Below, one piece after another: positions 1 through 11,639 of a stretch of 64,000 nucleotides of DNA. Under the pieces are notes generated by a model. It made no database searches. It worked only from the letters and a program-made list of their open reading frames with translations, and had not been told where the DNA came from. The position numbers and the translations under genes were made by a program. Positions within the stretch are counted from its first letter, which is position 1. Every line of letters begins with the position of its first letter. Source of the DNA: Macrostomum lignano. Taxonomy: Eukaryota. The DNA lies in assembly GCA_002269645.1 (NCBI GenBank), contig NIVC01002017.1, forward strand, positions 124,001-188,000, read 5' to 3'.

Positions 1-1
1 T

Positions 2-1240
2 ACGACCTGTGTTACAGACTACCTGCGTGTACAGTACAATCGACTTCGGAGTGCTGATCTGAAGCCACCTGAATCTCCTGTTGTGTTTATCTGTAGCTCG
101 CATTTGCTGCGCGCTGTTGCCAGGACTTTGAAGTCACCAGATAAAATCGATAAGGTTACTTATCGCGAGTTCATGCTCTCTTTTGCACTATTAGTGACGT
201 CGAAAACTTTGCGTTGCGCCCAAGCTGTTTGGAAGGCAATGGTCGAGGTGTTTACCTCCAGGCGAGTAGGTCCTGCCACTTTGAAGGCTTTACAAATTCT
301 ACATGGTAGGTTCGACTTCAGTTCGTTGGAGATTCCTGATGAAAACCAAGTGGCTGAAGATTCTGCTAATGTCTCAAATGCAGTGCAAGAAGACGTCGCA
401 TTGGCTGAATTGGAGACTGGACTACGAGCCTCATCACCTTTTGCGAAGTACTTCAACGATTTGACAAGCGAAGTGACAGCAAGCGATGGCAATGGCGTGC
501 TGAACAATCTTTTCTACCCTCAGGCTGTTCAGGTTGTATTGCGAAAGTGGATGTCACTGTTTCCTCTTTGGAGTGTGGCAGTGTTTGGAGGAAATCGTAG
601 CGCACACGTGACCAACGCCGCTGTTGAATCATGGTTCAGCTGGGGCAAAAGCGAAGCACTGCCTTCTCCAAGTTCTCGGCTCAGGTTACCAAGATTTGTC
701 CGTGCGCAACTAACAACCGTAAAACTGCAACTGAAGCGGTTGCAGCACGAGCAACATCCAATTCGCCCCCCGAAGCGTGCTAGAGGACGCAAATGTGGCT
801 TTGATGCTCCGTTAAACCCACCTGGAGATCCCTGGAAAAGGTCCAGAGCCTCAAAAAGACAAAGAACCAGCTTCATTCAATCGGCATTATCAATTCCGCC
901 AGCCGTTGCACCCACGACCTGTACTCTAGCTGCGCCTGCTGCAAGTGGGTCTCGCTCGGGCAGCCAGCCCGTCATTGTCCAGGTTCGGCCTGCTATTGCA
1001 CGCACGACCTGTACTCTAGCTGCGCCTGCTGCAAGTGGGTCTCGCTCGGGCATTTCACCTGCACCAACAGCACAGAATACCACCTGTCACAGCCTACCAG
1101 ATGAGCAAATTGTGAGTGATGAAATTGCATTTTTTCAGTTTAGAAATACCTTCAGTCAACCCTTGTATTGGTTTACGTATTGTGTATGCGCCGTACACTC
1201 ACTCCGCCACAATTTGCGTCTCCCACTAGATCTGTCGTAG
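2..1240 (+). mobile_element. Mutator-like (MULE) DDE transposase, C-terminal part; 5' end lies outside the window
   Basis: Frame is open from base 2. It carries the CxxH motif (FICSSHLLRAVARTLK, ~86-130) and a TNxxxESxF-type catalytic-Glu motif (VTNAAVESWF, ~608-637), both typical of MULE/hAT-like transposases. A basic NLS-like stretch (PPKRARGRK) and a low-complexity tail follow. Confidence 0.7.
906..1052 (+). repeat. In-frame duplication of ~57 bp (period 90 bp) in the transposase tail
   Basis: cacgacctgtactctagctgcgcctgctgcaagtgggtctcgctcgggca occurs twice, encoding TTCTLAAPAASGSRSG x2. Confidence 0.95.
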
Positions 1241-1666
1241 TAATGTATGTGCCATGTCTCAGCAACTTGTGGGTAAGGTGCAACCTTATCAATCAACTCT
1301 CTTTGTAGGCCTCCTCCGTCTCGACTGGCACAGGTATTTATATTGCACAATCCAACATGTTCCGTATGATGCACGTTTCTGTTACGTGATTGTTCTCTGA
1401 TTAGAGATCTAAAGTTTATGATTCTATCATTTTTTTGCTTTTCGTGTCACCGATTATGCCCTTTTAAGTTTTACTAATTTCCATGAATTAGCATTCAACA
1501 TGTTGCTTTCCATAAGTATTTGTACTTTTAAGTTTCGTTTCTTTTGCTTACGTCGAGGCGCCATTTTTTGTTGTTAAATGGATGTGACTGGGCTGTTCAC
1601 TGGGACATTTTGATGGTAAATTCGTTCCTAACCGCCAATTTTATTAGGACGCGCCGACACTGCAGT

Positions 1667-2734
1667 GTCATTTCCTGCACTATCGCCACGGTCGCCAGAG
1701 GGGCCACCGAATCCGACGGGCACGTATTGTGCTTTCAATGCCGCCAGTCAATGCTTGGTTGCAACATTAACGAGCGCACTATCGTGTGATGCAGATTCAC
1801 CACTTGCGCTGTTCCTTAACTGCCTAATGACAGGCAAAGACGTTCTGTTGCTGCATTCAGCCGCGTTTCAGTGGTGCAGTAAAGCATTTCATATGGATCC
1901 TATGGCACAAAACTGTGCCTTAGAGTTTCTGACCGGAATGCTGTTTCTTTCTGAGCTCAAACCGCGATTTAGCTGCGAGGTAAGGGTGAACGGTTTATTA
2001 AGTTTATGACTATTTAAATGCGTTTTAGTAAAGTGATTTAAGCCTGCATCCTGAATCTAAATTTATTTGTAAGTTACCTTCGAAGACAGTATATACTTTG
2101 CTGACTTATGGGAAGGCAAAGAATACCTTTCAATCGCGCTTCCACTGTGTGTTGGTCTTCACAGTTGCACCATGAGTACTGTTCCTATCCATATTTTTTA
2201 TTTCGTAGATTTCTACAACTTTGAGTTGTTCCGCCTGTTTCAAAGTGACACGACTGCTACCTAGAGACACGGCAACTATTCTACGTTTATCAATCCTGAT
2301 CACGACGACTCGCTTGATTTCCCGGCACTCATTAGACAGTCACTGTTTTCTACTCAAGACCACACCGACATCCGTTGTCCGACTTGCGACGTCGGGGGTG
2401 CAGCTATGCACAAACACTTGCAACAACGTCGGAGCACATATGCATGGGAATTAGCCGAGTCTCTGTCAAGCGCAGAAAGGGACAAACTGTACTATTCGAG
2501 AAGAACACTAAAGTTGTACCCATCGAGATGAAGCTTACTTTGAGTGGCAGAAGCTACAAGCTTCGTGCATTCATCGTTCACATTGGTAGTCGCGTGAATA
2601 GTGGTCACTATATTGCATACGTATTCTGTGGCCGCACTAGCTACTGTGTCAGTGATTTGACTGTACGAAAAGTATCTTTGTCAGCGGCATTCAATGACGT
2701 GAAGCGAAACTGCTGCGCTCATTTTTACGGCTAA
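1667..2734 (+). pseudogene. Ubiquitin-specific protease (peptidase C19/USP)-like domain; 2 exons with 2 apparent single-base frameshifts
   Basis: Cys box GPPNPTGTYCAFNAASQCL (Cys ~1728) and QxxAxEFL motif (AQNCALEFL). Intron GTAAGG ~1980 to TAG ~2208. Finger CxxC pairs CSAC (2227) and CPTC (2376). His box YKLRAFIVHIGSRVNSGHYIAYV (His ~2606), then VSDLTV, stop at 2734. Frames shift between CSAC, CPTC and the His box. Confidence 0.75.
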
Positions 2735-4751
2735 CGTGTTGGTGATCTCCGTGTTATTAACATAATGTGGACGGTTTACTTATTTTCTTGAGTTTATTCG
2801 TGTTTGTAATGGTCTCATGCCGTTGAAAGTATAAATTCATAACTGATGATCGTGCTGTGTAATGTATTGATAACAAAAACTTTTAACTGTGTTGAAAAGG
2901 TCTACATATATACATGTACGGATTTGCATTTTATAGTTTACCGCCATTTTATAATTCTCTATTTTTCTGTATGCGCTAAAAGCTGGGACTAAACGCCGTT
3001 AGTAAACCGTTTGGACAACGTGAGTTCTAAAACTTGTAGTGTCTACTATATACTCTTTTCTGGCAGCTAAATACTCTCCATTTCAGTATAATCGTAATTG
3101 TTTTTGGCCTGTGAAACCTGTACACCTGTCACTTATCACTTAGGCCAATAAATGTCACAAAAAAAATTGTTCCAATCAACGAAATACGTGCCATGAAACA
3201 TTCCTTTGCTTTATTTATCCGAAAGAATTTATTTTAACACAAGGACTGACAACTAATACGAGTAAAGGAAATAAAACTGTTCAAATATAAGTATAAACTA
3301 CAATTAATCGTTCAAGGAAGCATAGATTAAAAACCACATAAGGTACTTGTCTCATAGTTACTACTACGCTGAAGTCATTCAACTACATACTTTGTTGCAA
3401 TGAAAATTGTTGCATGGTACAATAGATAAGCCAATAAGCTATACGAACGGTATGACTTTGTTTAATGCTCGAATACCAGCGTTCTTATTTTCGTGCAAAA
3501 GAAGCTGGACAAACTGTTATTCAACACGCATCCGATATTCCGTCACGCATCATCCTAGTATGTTACTCATGTGTGATAAATAAAGGCAATTAGATAAATA
3601 GCATGCACGGTGAGCAATTATTTAGGCCCTAGACAAACCTACTTGGAGCGTTCGGAGATTTTAAAGCTATTGGCCCTAATTGCCTATCGCCGGTCGGCGA
3701 GTCCTACCAGTCTTTCTCCAATAGCCGCAGGTACAGTACAAGAAAAGAAAGAACACGAGGGAACACGAACCGAAAGATTTAGGGAGTGATAATCCTATAA
3801 GAATAGCTAATAAGCAATTGACTTGACGGTTTAATTTGACACATTCAATAGTTACAAGATTCAAATTCAAAGCGGCGCAGATAACTAGAGTTGACAAAAC
3901 GACGATAACGGTTAACAATAATAATTAGATTACGCAACTGGCAAGCAGATCTCAGCTGAGAAGAAGAGGAAGAGGAACCGAACACGACCACGGAGAAGAC
4001 TCCTAACCCCTGGCCTAAACCAGAACCTACTCTCAAACAAGAGCACTGCCGAATCGACTGTTCAACGGAGCACTGACTAAATTCTATAAGCGCTGCCCTT
4101 CAGTGTGACACTGAGGCCCTCGGGGTCGAGGCCGCGTACTTGATCAGATCCGACAGTCTCTATCTAAACCGCGCTTGATAGCGACGACGTCAGACAAGGA
4201 TGCCGAATCGTTACGCTACAAGACTAAAGCGGTTGGGCGGGGAACAAAGGTATGGACCGGGGGTGACGAATTCAAAACGCCTCAAAGCGCGAACCAAAGG
4301 GAAACAGGCCACCGGCCGGGAAGCTGGACAAAACCAAGAACCGGGAAAAGAAGGCGAGATCCGATTGCCAAATACACTTTCATATATAGTCAGAGTCAAA
4401 CCCTCACACCCCCCCCTCAAGCCGGGTGGTGGTCGTCTGGCCGGCCGCTTGCTTAAGCCGATTTGCACTGTGCCCGCGGCGCCGGGTAGAACTGGAACTT
4501 GCCGCGTGCCAGGGTCCAGGCCGGTTCTGATTGGCTGACCGCGCAAAGCTGGGGTTCGCAGAAAACTCAACCCTCCGCTGAGTCACAAATTTGGCGTCTA
4601 ACTCTAACCTGTTTACAATTTTAGATTCTAACTAACAAGAGAAAAGTACATCAAAAACGCATGACTAACTAAAGCAAAATAATAATTCAATAACAATATA
4701 GAAACTAATACAATCAATTAACTAACAAAATACACGCAAAAGATGCTCACA

Positions 4752-5537
4752 CTACACATGCCTCGTTCGCGAGCGCAATGACATCGCTGGTTGGACCGAC
4801 CTTGAAGATCTCTGGGGCTTCTGCGATCTCCGACGCATTGGTTTTAGTGGTCCAAGAGCGGGACACTCGTACTGTTGGGACTGCCGCTGTTCATCCAGCT
4901 CGAGCTGCCGCGGCTCCTCCTGCAGTGCGAGTTGCCGTTGGCCGTCCTGTATCTGCGGATGCCGCTGTTCATCCAGCTCGAGATGCCGCTGCTCGTCTTG
5001 CAGCGCGTGCTGCCGCTGCTCCTCATCAGTTGGGCGTGATCGCCGCTGCATGAAACGCCGACGGTGCACAGTCGATTGTAGCTGACTGAAGCCGCGCGAG
5101 ACAACGAGCAGAGAACGAAGAACAGACACATCACATGAAGAAATAAGGAGCCGAAAGCTCTGCAAAACTTGCTTCCGCAGTCGCTTTGAACTTTGAAAAT
5201 GGTGACCCGGAATCTCTCGACGTAGGACAACTGACTGCGTCAGATGTGGCTTAGTTACACGCTGCAGCCAAGCAATGCCATTACCACGGTGGCCTTTGTT
5301 TCCACAACCATACACACCGTGCAAAAATGCAACCTTGCTAGGATCGGCTATTAATTGGACAACAGACACTCGATCACGTCCGCACCTACGAAATCCGTCT
5401 CCGCACCTACACAAGGCAGAACAGCATCCGGTGGGCCTTGTAATAACTGGTCCTAGAATATGGAAGAGTGCGATTTTAGTCATCAAAAGAGTCAGGAAAG
5501 ATGGCAACATGGCAGAAGTATCCCAAGAGTTGTACAA
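4752..5537 (-). CDS. Orphan 261-codon ORF with Q/E/R-rich imperfect repeats; unknown whether coding
   Basis: Long open frame with repeats such as EQRQHALQD and EQRHLELD. No recognisable domain. Confidence 0.2.
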   Translation of the reverse strand: MYNSWDTSAMLPSFLTLLMTKIALFHILGPVITRPTGCCSALCRCGDGFRRCGRDRVSVVQLIADPSKVAFLHGVYGCGNKGHRGNGIAWLQRVTKPHLTQSVVLRREIPGHHFQSSKRLRKQVLQSFRLLISSCDVSVLRSLLVVSRGFSQLQSTVHRRRFMQRRSRPTDEEQRQHALQDEQRHLELDEQRHPQIQDGQRQLALQEEPRQLELDEQRQSQQYECPALGPLKPMRRRSQKPQRSSRSVQPAMSLRSRTRHV

Positions 5538-5582
5538 AAAGAGAACCTAAAAGTTCCTACGAGTCTCGCAATTTAACATTCT

Positions 5583-5850
5583 TGGTATGGAGTTGGTATG
5601 GTGTTGGTATACAGTTGGTATAGTTGGTATGTAGTTGGTATGCAGTTGGTATGCAGTTGGTATGCAGTTGGCATACAGTTGGTATGGAGTTGGTATGCAG
5701 TTGGCATGTTGGTATGGAGTTGGTATGCAGTTGGTATGGAGTTGGTATGCAGTTGGCATATTGGTATGGAGTTGATATGGTGTTTGTATACAGTTGGTAT
5801 ACAGTTGGCATGTCAGTATGGAGTTGGTATGCTATTGGTGTGCAGTTGGC
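5583..5850. repeat. Degenerate 11-bp minisatellite (AGTTGGTATGC)n
   Basis: Directly visible tandem units; explains the spurious ORFs at 5547-5893. Confidence 0.95.
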
Positions 5851-7888
5851 CATAATCTCACCTCTGGACACACATGTTAGAAGCTGTATTTAAATCTCAG
5901 TGTGAAACCTTTTTTATATATAAGGTTGATATATATAAAACCTATATAAACATATTTCTCTGACACTAGTTACTAGATTTCTTAAAAACTATAAACCTTC
6001 TATAGGTATCAGTTTCTAGAACAAAATTTTGATTAATGAATGAATGAAATGGCAAGTTTTTAAAAGCAATTGTAACAAATAATTTAGGGATTTACTTTGG
6101 AAAGTCAGATTGGAGTTAAGACTAATTTTATTTGAGCTTCAACTTACAACAATTTTTAAGCTTACTGGCAAATTTACAATTAGAATTTTAAGAGAAAATA
6201 AACCTTGCCCAAAAGTATAAATCTACACATATTTTTTGTCAAACAAAAGCAAAAATATTTCAAATTATAAGCCTCTTTTCTTGGAGCATGCCAAAAATTC
6301 ACTTTTTTCAAATTTTGCCTTAAGTGATTCTTTTGTTTTATATTTAATGCCCACAATGGTTTTATTATATTCTATCCATATCTTTATCCTTCATTTCTAT
6401 ATAAGACTTAATAGGTTTATGTTTCCTGGTTTCTACATTGAAATATTTGTAGTGAACATTATTTTTTTCAAGTAAAGTAAATACTTTTTGATTTATCTAA
6501 GCAAATATATTGGGAATATAATATAGCCTTAAATAAAAGAGTATACAATTATACACTATGTAGATTTTTTTTATTTTTTAAGGCTGGCATGCTAAATCTA
6601 ACTTCACGTGGGCACTTTGAAATAGTAAAATGGAGAAAACAGTTATACCATAGGGTAATCCTCAACCTTGATCATTTTTATACAAAATCTGAAAATGTTG
6701 GCAAATGTACATATGGCATCTTGATTATTATATTTCCATCTGCATATACATGTTTAGATGTATACATGCATCCAAATTTTGACGAAAAACCCTGATCCAT
6801 ACAACACAAATACTTCAGCATTGGAAAAGCAACAGTTTCTCTTTTTAAAAACCTTGCAACCCTAAGTGACAGTGTCACAAATGTCCGAGACAAAACAATA
6901 TGTTGCACGATTTAAAACGGATAGTTTTATTTTCCAATGATTCACTAAAAGCTTGAACTTTTAACTTCAACTAAAATGTACAAATACTTGAGGTTCGTCT
7001 CCTTGTACGCTTTTAATACCTCAGTGAACTATTTAGCACACTGCAGCTAATCGTTGTACACGATGCATGTGCACGCTACGCGATAAAAGCCATAATTTGA
7101 AAGTCTGGAACGAGTGCACAAAAACAAAATTTCAAAATTAAAACTATGCATGGACTGCTTTATTTCATTAAATATGAATTAGGAAGTGTCCTAGACAAAT
7201 TTAATGCTTGTTCCTAACCGTACGACAGAAACTAAAGTGTCTGTAGAAGTGTCTGAATAAGTGTCGGCGAATGTTTCATACGTGATCTAAACAATTATCA
7301 CAAACGCTTTGATGATATTTTTAAACAATGCTACACTTGTACTTTAAAAAAAAATTTTTTTTTCTACAGAAATTATCAACATAAAGCATTTGCTTCTGTC
7401 ACGAAGCACAAGTGATTTTTGTTTAACGTGTAAATAACCGGACCGACCTGTTGTAGGGCTAGAGAGTCAGCGTAGTAGCCAAGTTTAGTTCCGTTAAATT
7501 AGGCTAGTACTGAAATAGGTGATCGGTTGACTAGCGAAGCGCGATAATGCAACAGTTTACTATGTTTCTCGCACAGCCATATATAGTTTCGTTATTATGG
7601 CTTTATCAGATAAAATTTCAAGCAAGTGTCGGCCGGTTTTCCGTCGGCTTTGGCTTTTCTGAGTCTTGGAAGCTAAGGGTACCAGCTGATATAATATAGT
7701 TCATCTTTTTATCAATCCCATTCCACTAAAGTTTTTATCTAATGTGCCTAAGCCTAAGTTCTTTTAGTACTTGACTTACTTGACTTAGCTGCAGGGGGCG
7801 TCCGGCGGATGCAGCGAGGTCGAGGCGGAGGAGACCGCCCATTCCGCTAGCCCCTGGCGACCAACGACTTCCGTTGAAGTGGTGTCGC

Positions 7889-10800
7889 TCAGGGGGACCC
7901 GTCGGTCTCGCCTGCAGCGCGGTCCTCCTCACCGACGGTGGGGAAGAAATCAGCTCGTCCGGTGTCCCTGAGGTACCGGGCGAACAGCGGGATGCTCTCG
8001 GGCCTGCAAACGTCGGAGAGAACCGGGTTTGGCCCGAGGTGAGTAAGCCTGGCCCTGGTGAAAACCGGGCAGTGGCAGATAAAATGCTCGGCGTTTTCAC
8101 TGCCTGAGCGGCAGAAGGGGCACCGCTCCTCGGGTACTTGGCCCTGAAGGAAGCGGTGGCGAGAGAAGCAGCCATGCCTGGAGAGGGCCATGCTGACTGC
8201 TCTGAGGTCTCTGCGGTTGAGCCTGAGGAGGGCTCTACGCAGGAGAGGAGAGGGGCAGGGGACGGCAACACGGGATTGCCTACAATTCCGGGTGTCGTGC
8301 CACCTGCGGAGATGCTCGGAGTCAGCCCAGCGCTTAACGCGGGAATTGATCACCGAGGCGGGGATGGGGGCTCCCGGGCCCAGCCCCAGCAGCGCGCGGC
8401 GGAGCCAGCCTTAGCCAGCATGTCGGCGCGCTCGTTGCCGAGGAAACCGGCATGGCCCGGGATCCATCTGAGCTCCACTTGGTTGCCTAGCGCAAGCCCG
8501 TTGAGCTGGGTGTTGCAGTCCAGGACGGACCTGGAGCTGGCGGTGCTGCGGCAGAGGGCCCGAAGGGCTGCTTGGCTGTCAGAGTGAAAAATAAGCTTCC
8601 GACCGCTAAGCTGCCTTCGGCGCAGTTCTGCCGCGCAGGAGCTAATGCAAGCACCTCGCTCTGAAAAACACTGGAGTTGAGCCCAGTGTGTTGGGAGTAG
8701 CTCCACACCACTTCTCCCTTGAAGAAGACGCAAGCTCCGAAGCCTGAAAGACCATGCCTCATAGAGCCGTCAGTGTAACAGTGGATTTCAGAATCGCTCC
8801 AGCTGTCACTCGCCTCGTGTCGAGGCTGAATGGTGACCTTATACCTTTGGCTCAGGAGAAGGGTGGCTGGGATCGAGTCCGTGAGGATGTTGAGCCCGCC
8901 ACACTCCTCGAGAGCCTTGAGGCAGAGGTCAGAGTGCGGGATAAGCGACCGCTTCTTAAAGGCCCGCACTTTCTTGAAGGCCACCCCAGCATCCAGAAGA
9001 CGCCGGGTGCTCTTCGCCGCCTCTCCTTTGATATAAATATCCAAAGGAGGGGCACAGAGGAAGGCATTCATGCCTTCAAAAGGAGTAGAGGGTGGAGCGC
9101 CCATAGTCATGCGGCAGGCTCTGCCCTGGATTTTGTAGAGAGCGTTGAGGTTGCTCTTGACGCTCAGGCCGCTAGCCCACACGAGGCTGGCGTAACTGAT
9201 CGAGGGGCGGATGATGGCAGTGTAAATCCACCACAGCTTCCTGGGGTGAGCCCCCAGGTGGTGCCCACGGCGCGCCTGATCTGAGCCAGTACAGCCAGGG
9301 CTTTTTTGGCTTTAGTTTGAATGTGCGGAGTCCAGTTAAGCCTGTGGTCCAGAGTGAGGCCCAGGCAGCGGACCTGCTTCTCCATGGAAATATTCTTTCC
9401 ATAGAGGGTGAGGGGCTTAATGGTCCAGAGCAGTTTGTTGGTAAACATGACTGCTGTGGTTTTCGACTCTGAGAGTCTAAGGCCAGATTGGTTTGCCCAA
9501 CGCTCCGCTCGTCCCAGAAAGCCCTGCAGAAGGTCTCTGATGGTATCAACCGAGGGGCCCGCGCATATCGCGGTCACATCATCGGCATAGCCCACCTTGA
9601 GAATGGGGTCGTGGAGATCACTGCAAAGCAACTCATCCATGACCATGTTCCAGAGAACGGGGGTGAGAACGCCGCCCTGGGGGCCCCCTTTCAGGACAGG
9701 CACCGAAAGAGAGCTGCCGTTCAGGTGGGCCACAACAGTGCGGTTCCGGATCATGAACATGATCCACCGGACAAGGTGAGAGTGCGTGGCCCTGGATTCC
9801 AGGGCTCTGCAAAAGGCCTCGAAGATGACGTTGTCGAAGGCCCCCTCAATGTCCAGGAAAAGCGAGAGGGCAAAGCCGCTGCCAAGAACGGCCCTCTCCA
9901 GGAAGTCAACAATGACATGGAGAGCACTCTCGGTAGACCTGCCCGCGCGGAAGGCGTGCTGGTTCTGCGAGAGTGGGAAGCGCTTCAGCTCGACCGAAAG
10001 TAGGCGCCAAAGCACCAGTCTCTCGAGGAGCTTGAGGCAGAAAGAAGTGAGGCTGATAGGCCTGAAGGCCTTCACCGATTGGTAGTCGCTCTTTCCAGGC
10101 TTGGGGATAAAGATCACCCGGGCCTCTCTCCACGCAACTGGTACATAGCCCAGCTCCACACAAGCTCGAAGGAGACGACAGAGCAGGTCCAGGAAGCGGT
10201 GGTTTTTCACCGCCTCGTGCAAGAACGCTGGGTAGATGCCGTCGGGCCCAGGCGCCTTGAACGGGTTAAAGGACCTTGCCGCTCTAATAATGCGGTCTTT
10301 GGTGATCATAGACTTTGCTAGGCCTTGCCCTCCCACTGTGTGGTCAGGCGGGCCCTGCTGAGTCGGAGATTTAGGGAAAAAACTGCTGAGCATGAGCTCT
10401 AGAGTCTCTTCCGAACTCTCTGTGACCGAGCCATCAGGTCTCTTCACAACAGAGAGTTTAGAAAAACGGTCATTAGTGAGTGCCTTAACCACGCGGGCTG
10501 CGGGGCGAGAGCCCTCAAGCCCTTTGCAATATTGGCGCCACTTGGCCGTCTTGGCCCTTCTGACTTGGCCCTTAAACTCGTGGATCGCACGGGTATAGGC
10601 CTCTATATCAGATGGGTCTTTGGTTTTGAGCGCTCGCCTTTGGAGGGTCCTGGCTCGGCGCCGAAGGGCCCCGAGCTCTGGGTTCCACCAGGGAGCAGAT
10701 TTCTTGCCTTTATAGGCCTTTAGAGGGCAGGCTGCTTCAAATGCAGTGGTGATCGCCCCGCCCAGGGAGGAGGCGAGATCGTCCACCACCTGGCAGTCAG

Positions 10801-11587
10801 AGAGGTCACTGGGGGGGTCAAGATCCCGAAGGCCGCGGCTCAGCTTCGAGCCAAAGGCGGCCCAATCGGTGTTCCTGACGTTCCGACTCCAAGTGACCTT
10901 ACGCTTTTGCTTCGTCGGCCCAATGCAAAAGCGGATAAAGCGGTGGTCCGAGAGCGAGTCCTCGTCCCACACTCGCCAGCCCGTGACTGCGGAAAGCAGT
11001 CCGGGTGAGGCGATGGTGGTGTCGATGACTTCGGCCCACCGCCCATTATTGAACGTTAGTGCATTGCCCACGTTACAGAAATTGAGGTTTGTGCTGCTGA
11101 CGTAGGCCAGCAGCTCCTCGCCTCTGTTATTGGTGTTCTTGCTGCCCCAATGCAGGTGGTGTGCGTTCACATCCCCTGCAATGAGCAGCTCGAACCGTCG
11201 GGACGCGGCATAGTCAATGAGATTGACTAGTGCGTCGCAGACTACTGGGGCATCGCCTGGGAAATAGGCAGATGCTACCAGCGCAGGTTTATTTGGAATG
11301 AGGTTATTGATTTGAACAACACAGATGTCCCCAGACGAGAGATCAGGTCTCATCCATGCTTCAAAAGCTTTTGCAGCAAAGACCAGAGATCTTGGGCGAG
11401 GCTGAGAGTCCGCCATGCAAAAACAGTGGTAGCCAGATGGCACATTATTTGGCTTACCTTTAGTCATCCAGGGCTCCTGCACGAAGACCAGGCCCGGAAG
11501 CTGTTGCTCTGTCGTGCGCATCAGGTTGACTGACGCCGCCACGCAGTGCTGGGTGTTGATCTGCAGACACCAGGTAGCCGCTGGCAT
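7889..11587 (-). CDS. LINE ORF2: APE endonuclease, reverse transcriptase, RNase H and CCHC knuckle; three 1-nt frameshifts
   Basis: APE: QINTQH, VQEPW, GDVNAH, SDH. RT: KAPGPDGI, FRPISL, QHAFRAGRS, FLDIEGAFD, GGPQGGVLTP, GYADD. RNase H: YTDGS, SVFQSEVLA, SDSQAAL, WIPGHAGFLGNERADMLAK. Knuckle: CPFC...EHFICHC. Frameshifts at ~9245, ~8655 and ~8395. Confidence 0.93.
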
Positions 11588-11639
11588 CAGTGCAGATCGG
11601 GTGTTGCAGTCGCCAGGAGTTCCTCCTCCTCCTCGGCGC

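Noticed and set aside
3676-4587. Possible solo LTR (TGTGAC at 4104, GTCACA at 4582; CCAAT boxes)
   Set aside because: No matching TSD, PBS or PPT could be assigned with confidence. It may still be a repeat fragment.
5547-5893. Overlapping ORFs (CIPTAYQLH / VGMQLV repeats)
   Set aside because: Products of the 11-bp satellite.
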